Made by a program: the position numbers and the translations under genes | Part shown: piece after piece, positions 33,445-42,448 of the stretch | How the letters are laid out: each line of letters opens with the position of its first letter | Position numbering within the stretch: the first letter of the stretch is position 1 | The notes under the pieces: model-generated | Database searches by the model: none | What the model was told of the DNA's origin: nothing | Seen by the model: only the letters and a program-made list of their open reading frames with translations | Source: Escherichia phage vB_Eco_F27 | Reading direction: 5' to 3' (one strand) | Length of the DNA: 64,000 nt | Sequence record: OP870146.1

Positions 33445-33908
33445 AAAGAGTCTCTTAATAGGTTTAACACATCAACAAATTCAGCTTCGGTTAGTATTGT
33501 ATCATCTTTTGTTAGACCACTAGCCATGCTGTGCTTCAAAATTTTTCCTTTAGAGGCTTGTAAGGCATCACGAAACCCCTTGTTTTGGATCGCGGCTTCA
33601 AAATATGCATTTGTGTATAATTCTTTCCACGCTTCGGAGTATCTTGAAAATGGAACTCCTAACCAGAAGAGAGTCCCACGGTCCTGAGCTCTTGCATAAG
33701 ACCTTCCAGCTTGCTGTGCAGCCAATCCAGACAACCTAAATATACGTCTTTGTTGTTCAATATTTTTCACCTTACATCCTTGGAGAAATCCTTCAAGACC
33801 TCCGAATTGAATACCATCCATAACAAAAGGCCATTGAGCAAAGTTACTTAATGCACATGACGGCCATTTGAAATTACTTCTTATTTCTAATTCAGACATC
33901 TTTAACAC
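33441..33908 (-). CDS. NADAR / YbiA-like domain protein (T4 30.3 position)
   Basis: 155 aa; ALSNFAQWPFVMDGIQF resembles the YbiA/NADAR core (SNFaaWP...DG) as recalled from E. coli YbiA; ATGA overlap with the HAD-like gene. Confidence 0.6.
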   Translation of the reverse strand: MLKMSELEIRSNFKWPSCALSNFAQWPFVMDGIQFGGLEGFLQGCKVKNIEQQRRIFRLSGLAAQQAGRSYARAQDRGTLFWLGVPFSRYSEAWKELYTNAYFEAAIQNKGFRDALQASKGKILKHSMASGLTKDDTILTEAEFVDVLNLLRDSL

Positions 33909-34110
33909 TTATAATTTCAACATCAGCCCAATGTCCGTATCCAGGTATACGGTCTTCGATAGATAAATTTCTGTCATTTTTAGGCATTTTAATTGACGTA
34001 ACGTATGGTTCTAAACGGTTTTCCGCGTAATATGGAAAAACGTCGGTTACACGATAAGTAACTTCAATCATTTCCGTACCAAACAATTTCTGGATTAATT
34101 TATTCAACAT
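33892..34110 (-). CDS. Hypothetical protein
   Basis: 72-aa ORF in the 30.x early cluster, overlapping neighbours. Confidence 0.45.
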   Translation of the reverse strand: MLNKLIQKLFGTEMIEVTYRVTDVFPYYAENRLEPYVTSIKMPKNDRNLSIEDRIPGYGHWADVEIISVKDV

Positions 34111-34297
34111 GTTTCAACCCTTTAATAGGAGATAACTCTTTACCCATACGTATGTCAGAAGTCCCATCAACCCATTGAACAGCATACGCTTCATTGATAA
34201 TTCCAGCGGCAGTTTTAAATTCGTTGAGAACTTTAAAAATCATCCCAGGGATTCCAACACCTTTTAATTGGACTGTTTGTGCTATTAAAAATTTCAT
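34100..34297 (-). CDS. Hypothetical protein
   Basis: 65-aa ORF; promoter-like GTGTAC...TATAAT upstream at 34300-34345. Confidence 0.45.
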   Translation of the reverse strand: MKFLIAQTVQLKGVGIPGMIFKVLNEFKTAAGIINEAYAVQWVDGTSDIRMGKELSPIKGLKHVE

Positions 34298-34351
34298 ATT
34301 TTTCCACTTACTAAAGAAATCATTATACTCTAATCCGTCCTTGGATGTACA

Positions 34352-34966
34352 CTACTTAATGAAATTAATTTCTACCGGATGAACAACAGGTTGAGCAGTG
34401 ATATATTGAGTAATTGCTTTCATGACTAGAGCTTCAGAGCCAGGATTTTTCTCAACGAATTCACGTGCTTGGTTATGAGCTTCAAGTTCACTTAGTAAAC
34501 CACTTCGTTGACATCCACGGTCTTGAGTACCCTGTTCAGATAAAAAGGCGACGATGTATTTTTCATCGTCATACGGTTTAGACGGTTGAGCAAATGTTCC
34601 TTTACTTCCAAAAGGAGAGTTATGACGCCACATCACGCCGTTAGGAGTTTCAACCTTCGTATATTCGTGCGGGCCATTTTTCTTAGTTTCTTGATGTGGA
34701 ACTTCATGGACCTTAGGGTTAGGACATTCAATAAAATGCTCATCTAAATCAGTCGAGAATATTAAAGTAAAACAATTACTAAATTTACCAACACCTGCCT
34801 GATAAATTTTACCTTCAGACGTTCTAATTTCACAAACCGAGCCAGCATCAGTAACTTCTAAAACTTCAAAAGGCTCGATAAGATCATATGAGAACATGTT
34901 TTTAAGGCGTGGAGTAATATCCCCATTTTTAAAATTCATTTTATAAAAAGTATTAACTTTAAACAT
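34352..34966 (-). CDS. Hypothetical 204-aa protein
   Basis: Start reassigned to MFKVNTF..., preceded by GAGGAAA RBS and a GGGAGCUUCGGCUCCC leader hairpin. Confidence 0.55.
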   Translation of the reverse strand: MFKVNTFYKMNFKNGDITPRLKNMFSYDLIEPFEVLEVTDAGSVCEIRTSEGKIYQAGVGKFSNCFTLIFSTDLDEHFIECPNPKVHEVPHQETKKNGPHEYTKVETPNGVMWRHNSPFGSKGTFAQPSKPYDDEKYIVAFLSEQGTQDRGCQRSGLLSELEAHNQAREFVEKNPGSEALVMKAITQYITAQPVVHPVEINFIK

Positions 34967-35001
34967 AATTTCCTCAGTGGGAGCCGAAGCTCCCAATTAA
35001 T

Positions 35002-35367
35002 TTAGATATCAAATTCGTTAAGAACTACATCAAAGATTGCTTCGAGATGTTCAGGTTTAGCTCGGTTACTCAGGATATGACGAATCCAAGTTTTAACCAG
35101 AAGTTTACGATTAACACCATTCCAGCAAGGATGAGTACCTAAATCACGCTGACGGAAATCATCATCTAATGCAATTTTAAAATTTGAACCTTCCATCGTG
35201 ATTGAAACCGTGATACCATTTTCAAATCGCATATAAACGTAATTAGGAGTCATGCACTGTTCGATTTCACAAACTGTACCGTTTTCGTGTTTCCATAAGC
35301 AAATAACTTCAGAAGAACCAGCAATACCGTTAGAAACATATTTACGTTCGAAGTTGGTGTAGTTCAT
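35002..35367 (-). CDS. Hypothetical 121-aa protein
   Basis: ORF with its own early promoter embedded in a 9-bp inverted repeat at 35398-35438. Confidence 0.5.
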   Translation of the reverse strand: MNYTNFERKYVSNGIAGSSEVICLWKHENGTVCEIEQCMTPNYVYMRFENGITVSITMEGSNFKIALDDDFRQRDLGTHPCWNGVNRKLLVKTWIRHILSNRAKPEHLEAIFDVVLNEFDI

Positions 35368-35397
35368 TTTATTCTCCAGATGTTTAAGTTGTTTGTT

Positions 35398-35438
35398 GGT
35401 ACAGGTCTATAATAACATAACCTGTACCAAAGTAAACT
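35398..35438 (-). promoter_or_regulatory. Early promoter embedded in a stem-loop (PeSL-like), upstream of ORF 35002-35367
   Basis: GTTTAC-N17-TATTAT; perfect 9-bp inverted repeat GGTACAGGT...ACCTGTACC brackets the spacer and -10. Confidence 0.6.
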
Positions 35439-35441
35439 GGT

Positions 35442-35810
35442 TTATGCAACTTTAATCCAATTGTCTAAATTTAAAACACCTTTGGCTTTCATTTTTTCTA
35501 TCAGGTTATCTGCTGTAATGCGTCCATTTTGATACCATGTAACATCTTCAGAGTAACCAGTTTCTTCGTCAACATATGTTTCTGAACGAATTTTACCGGT
35601 AATAATAGTTTTTAATTCGTATGTGTCACCTGTGAAAAAGTTTGCTAACACAATTTTCCAAGAGAAATCATCAGAAGGACCTTCAGGGGTCATACAACCT
35701 ACGAACTCAAATTGCTCTTTGTATAACATCCACTGGAATTCTTTAATTTCGATAGCTTTATAACCATCGTGGTCTTTACATTTGATGTATGAGTTCAGAT
35801 TGATTTTCAT
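35442..35810 (-). CDS. Hypothetical 122-aa protein
   Basis: ORF with its own early promoter at 35853-35882. Confidence 0.5.
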   Translation of the reverse strand: MKINLNSYIKCKDHDGYKAIEIKEFQWMLYKEQFEFVGCMTPEGPSDDFSWKIVLANFFTGDTYELKTIITGKIRSETYVDEETGYSEDVTWYQNGRITADNLIEKMKAKGVLNLDNWIKVA

Positions 35811-35852
35811 TTTGTTCTCCAGGTTGTTTTATTGATTAGATGGTACAAGTCT

Positions 35853-35882
35853 ATAGTAACACATCCTACAGGAGAGTAAACA
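35853..35882 (-). promoter_or_regulatory. Early promoter upstream of ORF 35442-35810
   Basis: GTTTAC-N17-TACTAT on the minus strand. Confidence 0.55.
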
Positions 35883-35905
35883 TCTTTTTAAACTTTTTCT
35901 GCCCT

Positions 35906-35935
35906 AAACGCACAAAAGGGAGACCGAAGTCTCCC
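35906..35935 (-). terminator. Intrinsic terminator after the 59-aa basic ORF
   Basis: Minus strand GGGAGACTTCGGTCTCCC followed by TTTTGTGCGTTT. Confidence 0.75.
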
Positions 35936-35940
35936 TAAAA

Positions 35941-36120
35941 TTATGCAACAACCTTTCCAAAACGAGAAGCATCATCTCGAAGAACTGCACGTGCTCTGCG
36001 CATGATCTTCTCAACTGTTTGATTAATACGAGAGTTCGACCCACGCTTGTATCCAGCGCGTTTAGAGGTACCATCAACTTTCTTTTCAACTGCTTTCTTT
36101 GCTTTAGCTTGTTTTGCCAT
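35941..36120 (-). CDS. Small lysine/arginine-rich basic protein, 59 aa (not in ORF track)
   Basis: Hand-translated: MAKQAKAKKAVEKKVDGTSKRAGYKRGSNSRINQTVEKIMRRARAVLRDDASRFGKVVA; followed by a GGGAGACUUCGGUCUCCC-U-run terminator. Confidence 0.45.
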   Translation of the reverse strand: MAKQAKAKKAVEKKVDGTSKRAGYKRGSNSRINQTVEKIMRRARAVLRDDASRFGKVVA

Positions 36121-36414
36121 TATAAATTCTCTTTAAATGAAAATGCAGGACTTATTGACATTGCCTGCGCAAGCCCTCAATGGGAACATAGGTTTTGGAT
36201 ATTTAACGACAGGATAACCATAAACCCGTCATCATACCAACCACGACTTAGACAGATAACCTTTTTCTGACGCGTGATAGTACAAAATACATTCAAGAGG
36301 TACACCGTAAAACTGTCGGGGTCTTAAAACTATAATGATTCGCAAATCATTAATCAGACAGTTCGACGGCTCCTCGATTTTCTAGCCGCACTAAGGTAGC
36401 GAATCACCTAAAAC

Positions 36415-36663
36415 TTATTTAAGGGTAATAACAAAATGACGTACTGCTTTACGAGCGGCTGAAGCCAGAGGCTTAGCATATTTCAGTTCATCTTTTGCTT
36501 CCAGTTCAGAGGCCAAAGCTGCCTGTACCGGGTTCAGATGTTTGAAATATCGCAGGATTTCCAGTGCTTCGGCTTCAACATCAATCGACGCGCCGTAGTT
36601 TTCGTGACCGTTATTCCATGCGTTGCGTTGCAGTTCAAGAGCGTGTTGTAATTGTTTAATCAT
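36415..36663 (-). CDS. rIII: rIII lysis inhibition accessory protein
   Basis: 82 aa, same as T4 rIII; adjacent to gene 31; late promoter upstream. Confidence 0.8.
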   Translation of the reverse strand: MIKQLQHALELQRNAWNNGHENYGASIDVEAEALEILRYFKHLNPVQAALASELEAKDELKYAKPLASAARKAVRHFVITLK

Positions 36664-36779
36664 TTTAAATTCTCAATTCGAGATAATATTTAGTAGCCAC
36701 GTTCGTCTGAATTTCACCTTCTTTCGACAAGTCTCTCAGTTGTAGGCTACCGCTTAGAAGAGTGTTCTCTTCATATAGT

Positions 36780-36787
36780 TATTTATA
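36780..36787 (-). promoter_or_regulatory. Late promoter (TATAAATA on minus strand) upstream of rIII
   Basis: Reverse complement of TATTTATA immediately after the gene 31 stop. Confidence 0.5.
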
Positions 36788-37120
36788 TCACTTATAAAGA
36801 CACGGAATAGCTTTATAGTGGCATGTTACGAATTTCTGTTTAATTTCTTTAGGTTGTTTAAGTCCTAAAGCCACAAATGGATGTGGAACATTTCGAATTT
36901 GACCAACTGGTAGTGGAGTCAAATCACCGACTTCAGCAAAACCTTCAGGAACATCAGGACCTACAGAATGAACTACACATAGTTCAGGAACTTCACCTTG
37001 AACACGTTTACCAATCACAAGTCCTGATTCGGTAACTTCTTCATCACCTGCTTGAGCGGGTTCAGAAACCAGAATGACATATTCACCAACAGCACGAATT
37101 GGGAGTTGTACTTCAGACAT
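36788..37120 (-). CDS. 31: Co-chaperonin gp31 (GroES analogue)
   Basis: 110 aa; near-identical to T4 gp31 as recalled ([29 protein letters not shown]...[15 protein letters not shown]). Confidence 0.9.
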   Translation of the reverse strand: MSEVQLPIRAVGEYVILVSEPAQAGDEEVTESGLVIGKRVQGEVPELCVVHSVGPDVPEGFAEVGDLTPLPVGQIRNVPHPFVALGLKQPKEIKQKFVTCHYKAIPCLYK

Positions 37121-37177
37121 CTTATTTCCTTGTTGTTTGACGATAGATTAATAATACCATACTATTCGTAAAGCATA

Positions 37178-37486
37178 TTACATAAGAAGCAAACGTTCTA
37201 CAGGAGTACCATCAACCGAAATTACTTTATCAAGGCGGAAAGAACGCCACTGACCTAACTCGGTATCGAATGCTCGAACTGATTCACGAGGTTCAGAACG
37301 AACTTCTGTTGATGGGTTACTATTTTCATATTTGACTTCAAGTTCATCGCGGGAGGCAAACATCGTACGAACATCACCGTTAGCCTTTTCAAATACAACA
37401 CAATGAACGCCTACAGACAGAATAGTTTTAATACGTTCACGAAGAACCATAGTTTCTTGTTCAGTTAAAATCATATTATTCACCAC
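37178..37486 (-). CDS. Hypothetical protein (T4 31.1 position)
   Basis: 102-aa ORF between cd and gene 31. Confidence 0.5.
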   Translation of the reverse strand: MVNNMILTEQETMVLRERIKTILSVGVHCVVFEKANGDVRTMFASRDELEVKYENSNPSTEVRSEPRESVRAFDTELGQWRSFRLDKVISVDGTPVERLLLM

Positions 37487-38057
37487 AAAAGTTTCGGATT
37501 TGTTCCCAATTCAGAGAACGAAGATTATTACGAGAGTACTGAATTACTTCAATACCGGCTTGTTTTAGAATGTCTGCCCAATTTTCAGGAGATCTGTCAT
37601 ATAATTCTGCGTATACAACCTTTTTAATACCTGACTGCGTAATAGCTTTAGTGCAATCAGGACATGGAGAAAGTGTCGTATACAACGTAGCACCTTCAAT
37701 AGAATTACCTTTACGAGCTGCAAACAAAATTGCATTCAATTCCGCATGGATTTCGTTATTAGCAGACCATGCACTATGAGCAGCCCGATGTTCTTTAGCC
37801 AAAACAAAATTATCCACCCGTCCAAATGCTGTAGTGCCTTCTTTAGGCCCAGCAACGATGACCGGGCTTGGTTTATTCTTCAACCAACCGTTTTCGGATG
37901 CATGTTCGCAACAGTTTGTACCACCTGAAGGAGAGCCATTATAACCTGTAGAAATAATGCGTCCATCTTTTTCAATGACGGCACCAACTTTCCATGAACA
38001 ACATTTTGATTCTTGAGAAATCAAATAAGCAATTTGAAGATATGTGCTAGCTTTCAT
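37476..38057 (-). CDS. cd: dCMP deaminase
   Basis: 193 aa (T4 Cd 193 aa); zinc-binding deaminase motifs HAE and PCxxC. Confidence 0.9.
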   Translation of the reverse strand: MKASTYLQIAYLISQESKCCSWKVGAVIEKDGRIISTGYNGSPSGGTNCCEHASENGWLKNKPSPVIVAGPKEGTTAFGRVDNFVLAKEHRAAHSAWSANNEIHAELNAILFAARKGNSIEGATLYTTLSPCPDCTKAITQSGIKKVVYAELYDRSPENWADILKQAGIEVIQYSRNNLRSLNWEQIRNFCGE

Positions 38058-39049
38058 TATTGAACCTTATTAATATAAGTTAACAGCTCTTTAGTTTGTT
38101 CCCAACTGATGCACGCATCGGTAACGGAAACGCCATAGGACATATTATCAGAAATTTTTTGATTTCCTTCATGTAGGAATGATTCTATCATAATTCCTTT
38201 GACCAAATCATTAGCTGCTAAATTTTTACCAATACCAATTTGATTGCTATAATGCCCAGCAGCGTTTGCATGGCTACAGTCAACCATTACATAATGATTC
38301 AGACCTACTGCACTTGCTTTGTTAGAAGCTTCTTGAATATCAGAAGAATGATAGTTCGGGCCGTTAGTCCCGCCACGCAATACGATATGCGTATTCTGAT
38401 TACCTTCAGCTTCAACAATGCCTACAGTACCATCGACGTCCATACCCATATACCGATGAGGCCAGGCGGCACTATACATCGCGTCTGTAGCTACTTTAAT
38501 AGAACCATTGGTTGCGTTCTTGAAGCCTACGCACATCGGTAGACCTGAAGCAATTTCACGATGTGTCTGACTTTCAGTCGTACGGGCGCCAATAGCAACC
38601 CATGAGAAAATACCAGAAAGATACTTAATCGTGAATGGGTCTAATACTTCAGTTGCTAATGGAAGTCCCATACGTAGAAGTTTACGACACAATGTTCGTG
38701 CAACTATAAGACCGTGGTTCATATCAAAACTTCCATCAAGATATGGATCATTTACAAGACCTTTCCAACCTACGGTAGTTCGAGGCTTTTCAAAATAAAC
38801 GCGCATCACTAACAGAACATTAGGAAGACGAGTTTGAAGTTCAGCCAGACGTTTGCCGTATTCAACAGCAGCAATAGGGTCATGAATTGAACAAGGACCT
38901 ACAACAATAAGTTTGCGTGGGTCTTCACCGTTCATAATCGAATTAACTTGTTCGCGATGAGAAGCCACTTGTGATGCGTAAGCTTCCGACAAAGGAATAA
39001 TCTCAGCCAGTTCTTTTGGAGAAATAAGTTTTCCGACGACAGGTAACAT
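38057..39049 (-). CDS. 3-deoxy-7-phosphoheptulonate (DAHP) synthase, class I AroG/F/H-like
   Basis: 330 aa; roughly half the residues match E. coli AroG as recalled, including GPCSIHD, VMRVYFEKPRTTVGWKG, IGARTTESQ(T/V)HRE, GFKN, ESxLxEGNQ, ITDACI; 1-nt overlap with the cd start. Confidence 0.85.
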   Translation of the reverse strand: MLPVVGKLISPKELAEIIPLSEAYASQVASHREQVNSIMNGEDPRKLIVVGPCSIHDPIAAVEYGKRLAELQTRLPNVLLVMRVYFEKPRTTVGWKGLVNDPYLDGSFDMNHGLIVARTLCRKLLRMGLPLATEVLDPFTIKYLSGIFSWVAIGARTTESQTHREIASGLPMCVGFKNATNGSIKVATDAMYSAAWPHRYMGMDVDGTVGIVEAEGNQNTHIVLRGGTNGPNYHSSDIQEASNKASAVGLNHYVMVDCSHANAAGHYSNQIGIGKNLAANDLVKGIMIESFLHEGNQKISDNMSYGVSVTDACISWEQTKELLTYINKVQ

Positions 39050-39169
39050 AACAATCCTTAGGAGATATAAACAGATTCTGATTCAACAATACCTTTAACC
39101 GGATTAGACAGGCTAAGTTGGTAGTGCTCAGATTTATGACCATTCTCGATAGTAATGAGATAGCTCTCA

Positions 39170-39406
39170 TTATAGTGTTCCATATACTCGAGTTGCTTCA
39201 ACTAAACCGTCACTGCCTAATTTAAGGCTAGTAATCTGGTCACCATCTTTAGGATTAACAATTATGAGAAAAGAACGTGGAGATTCTTGAATAACTCGTA
39301 ATGTTGCATCCTGGAAACGTTCAGACACTTTATTGATGAGTGCTTGAGCAAATTCTTTTACTTTAATCTGAAATTCGTGTACTGTAATTGGGTTTTCACT
39401 TAGCAT
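39170..39406 (-). CDS. Hypothetical protein
   Basis: 78-aa ORF with early promoter and conserved leader at 39407-39464. Confidence 0.45.
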   Translation of the reverse strand: MLSENPITVHEFQIKVKEFAQALINKVSERFQDATLRVIQESPRSFLIIVNPKDGDQITSLKLGSDGLVEATRVYGTL

Positions 39407-39436
39407 TTCTATTTCCTCATTTGTTGGTAGAGTTAT

Positions 39437-39464
39437 AGTATCACAACTCCACCATGTTGTAAAC
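39437..39464 (-). promoter_or_regulatory. Early promoter upstream of ORF 39170-39406
   Basis: GTTTAC-N16-GATACT, then leader CTACCAACAAATGAGGAAATAGAA before the ATG. Confidence 0.55.
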
Positions 39465-39466
39465 CA

Positions 39467-39742
39467 TTAAATTGCTTTGCATTCAATTTTTTGTGTACCG
39501 AAATTGATATCACATTGGATAACTAAATCGCCGTCAAGATCAAATACCACTATGACGTGCGCAGACCCAGGAAGAAGAGTAATAGCAATAGAATCTACTT
39601 GGTCTGGGAGCAAAGCATTGAGTACATGAGTTACTTGAGCATGAACTCTGAGTTCGGCTGCATTATCAAGCACTTCAAACATATTATTAGCAATAATCTG
39701 ACTGAAGACTACCTTTACAATTTCAGAATAAGTTGGGAACAT
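39467..39742 (-). CDS. Hypothetical protein
   Basis: 91-aa ORF in the cd-pseT cluster. Confidence 0.45.
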   Translation of the reverse strand: MFPTYSEIVKVVFSQIIANNMFEVLDNAAELRVHAQVTHVLNALLPDQVDSIAITLLPGSAHVIVVFDLDGDLVIQCDINFGTQKIECKAI

Positions 39743-39749
39743 AATTACC

Positions 39750-39974
39750 TCAATGCACAGTATTTACTTTAACTCGAACAACAAATCGCTCGGTTGGTTC
39801 ACCTACAGGAACAAACTCTACATGATATTCACCTTTGTAACGAGTATTCAGATCATTACGAATTCCTGCGAGTTTGTTGATTAATGTAGGACTCATATTA
39901 AGTCCCACTAGTTTACGAAGCATTTTGTATGCTTCGTCTTCGATTTCATGATGTTTATCGTACATAGTTTTCAT
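39750..39974 (-). CDS. Hypothetical protein
   Basis: 74-aa ORF in the cd-pseT cluster. Confidence 0.45.
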   Translation of the reverse strand: MKTMYDKHHEIEDEAYKMLRKLVGLNMSPTLINKLAGIRNDLNTRYKGEYHVEFVPVGEPTERFVVRVKVNTVH

Positions 39975-40145
39975 TTAACCATTCAATTGCCCGGTCGACG
40001 TTATCAAATATACCGCCGTCCAAACGTTCTTCATGCTCATAGTCCAGCACATCAATACCGAACTGTCCATTTACTAAAGGCCAGGCTACAAACAAATATT
40101 CTTTATGCTGTTCGATGGCCTCAATCACTTCATATAATCGTTTCA

Positions 40146-40146
<1 letters not shown>
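39955..40146 (-). CDS. Hypothetical protein
   Basis: 63-aa ORF overlapping its neighbours on both sides. Confidence 0.4.
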
Positions 40147-41232
<1,086 letters not shown>

Positions 41233-41233
<1 letters not shown>

Positions 41234-41532
41234 TATTTTATTCCTAAGAAAGTTTCAAGAATACGAATGTTATGCTCGCGCCGGTCTTTATTAATTTCAG
41301 CAACGTTTTTATTAATTGACGTACTTCTAACGTTTGAAGAAATAAATTTAATCATATGACTTTTGAGTTGTTGCAAATCCAACCCTTTTTCTTTAGCAGC
41401 TTTACGAAGAGCTTTACCTGCTTCATCTAGTGCCTTTGCTGCATCTTTGTCATAATTGACAAGTGACATTCCACGGCAGATATCAATATACTCATCAGAC
41501 CGTTTGATGTAATTCTCTAGTAATGTTTTCAT
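41233..41532 (-). CDS. Hypothetical protein
   Basis: 99-aa ORF. Confidence 0.45.
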
Positions 41533-41589
41533 TTAGATTTCCTCAATTATCCATAGGAGCATTATACTCTGCTCCCGAGAGTTTGTAAA

Positions 41590-41814
41590 CTATTTTACTA
41601 AAGATTCAATATACTCATGAAGAGCTTTAGTCGCTACTGCCCACTTATTCTGATATTCATTTTTCAGATTAGCACGAGACTGAACTAACAAGCGGTCATT
41701 AGTCGGAGGCAAAGATTCTAATCGTTGAATCTGGCGTCCATAAATCATAGCCGCCATTTCAGATTCATAGATAAGCCCTTTAATGTATTCGTGCTGTTCT
41801 TTAGTCATTGGCAT
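41590..41814 (-). CDS. Hypothetical protein
   Basis: 74-aa ORF. Confidence 0.45.
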   Translation of the reverse strand: MPMTKEQHEYIKGLIYESEMAAMIYGRQIQRLESLPPTNDRLLVQSRANLKNEYQNKWAVATKALHEYIESLVK

Positions 41815-42095
41815 TTTTCCTCTTTTAAACTACTACGATAATAACATAACATAGTCTTCTGGTCATGTACATATCTTTTTACGTCGTTTAACCAGATACG
41901 AAATTCTTGAGAGTCTTCAAATGGCATTCCAACCCACGGATTACCATCAATAACCTTTACTTGCCATTTCTGGTTATATTCAACAATAGATTCAGGCCAT
42001 GGTGGATGTAAAGTTTCTTTAGGGCTTAAGAGCACATCCTGGGCACATCCAGCCAAAATGCCAATAGATAATACAACTGCGGTTAATTTAATCAT
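41805..42095 (-). CDS. Outer-membrane lipoprotein, probable o-spanin
   Basis: 96 aa; N-terminal signal with lipobox LAGC (MIKLTAVVLSIGILAGCAQ); immediately downstream of and overlapping the i-spanin-like gene (T4 pseT.2 position). Confidence 0.6.
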   Translation of the reverse strand: MIKLTAVVLSIGILAGCAQDVLLSPKETLHPPWPESIVEYNQKWQVKVIDGNPWVGMPFEDSQEFRIWLNDVKRYVHDQKTMLCYYRSSLKEEKCQ

Positions 42096-42448
42096 TCTGA
42101 GAGCTTCCTGAGGTCTTCTGCAAAGGAATCGAAGGACCTGTTGATTTGTTTTTCGACCAATCCTGGTTTACTTGCCACCACGTTCTTCTTCTTCGAATCC
42201 TTACGGAGCTTTTCATTTTCGGCCTTAAGTTGGTCAACTAAAACACGGTTCTTATAAGTCATTTCTTCGATTGACTGATATTGAACCTTGAAGTCGTCTA
42301 ATACTTTAGCATTGTTTTTAGCGGTCTCTTTGACAGAAGCTAATTCAGTATTCAACGAATCAACTTTGTTGTTTAAGACAACTATTGTTACCGTAGAAAC
42401 TAGAGCAAAAGCTGCTACTATAGCATAAATCGGATTTACTTTAAGCAT
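42092..42448 (-). CDS. Probable i-spanin (N-terminal TM helix plus coiled coil)
   Basis: 118 aa; hydrophobic IYAIVAAFALVSTVTIVVL then a charged coiled-coil-like region (T4 pseT.3 position). Confidence 0.6.
   Translation of the reverse strand: MLKVNPIYAIVAAFALVSTVTIVVLNNKVDSLNTELASVKETAKNNAKVLDDFKVQYQSIEEMTYKNRVLVDQLKAENEKLRKDSKKKNVVASKPGLVEKQINRSFDSFAEDLRKLSE

Noticed and set aside
34967-34996. N-terminal extension of ORF 34352-34996
   Set aside because: The first 10 codons overlap the leader hairpin GGGAGCUUCGGCUCCC; the internal ATG with a GAGGAAA RBS is preferred
35904-36089. 61-aa minus-strand ORF from the track
   Set aside because: It runs through the GGGAGACUUCGGUCUCCC terminator hairpin and is out of frame with the 59-aa basic ORF (35941-36120), which has the terminator correctly placed after its stop
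36019-36270. 83-aa plus-strand ORF near rIII
   Set aside because: Antisense to the 59-aa basic ORF, extends into the ORF-free island, has no RBS, and is low-complexity and hydrophobic
36757-36772. Palindrome GAAGAGTGTTCTCTTC after gene 31 as a terminator
   Set aside because: No U-run follows on the transcribed strand and a late promoter for rIII lies just upstream, so it is more likely a minor structural element than a terminator
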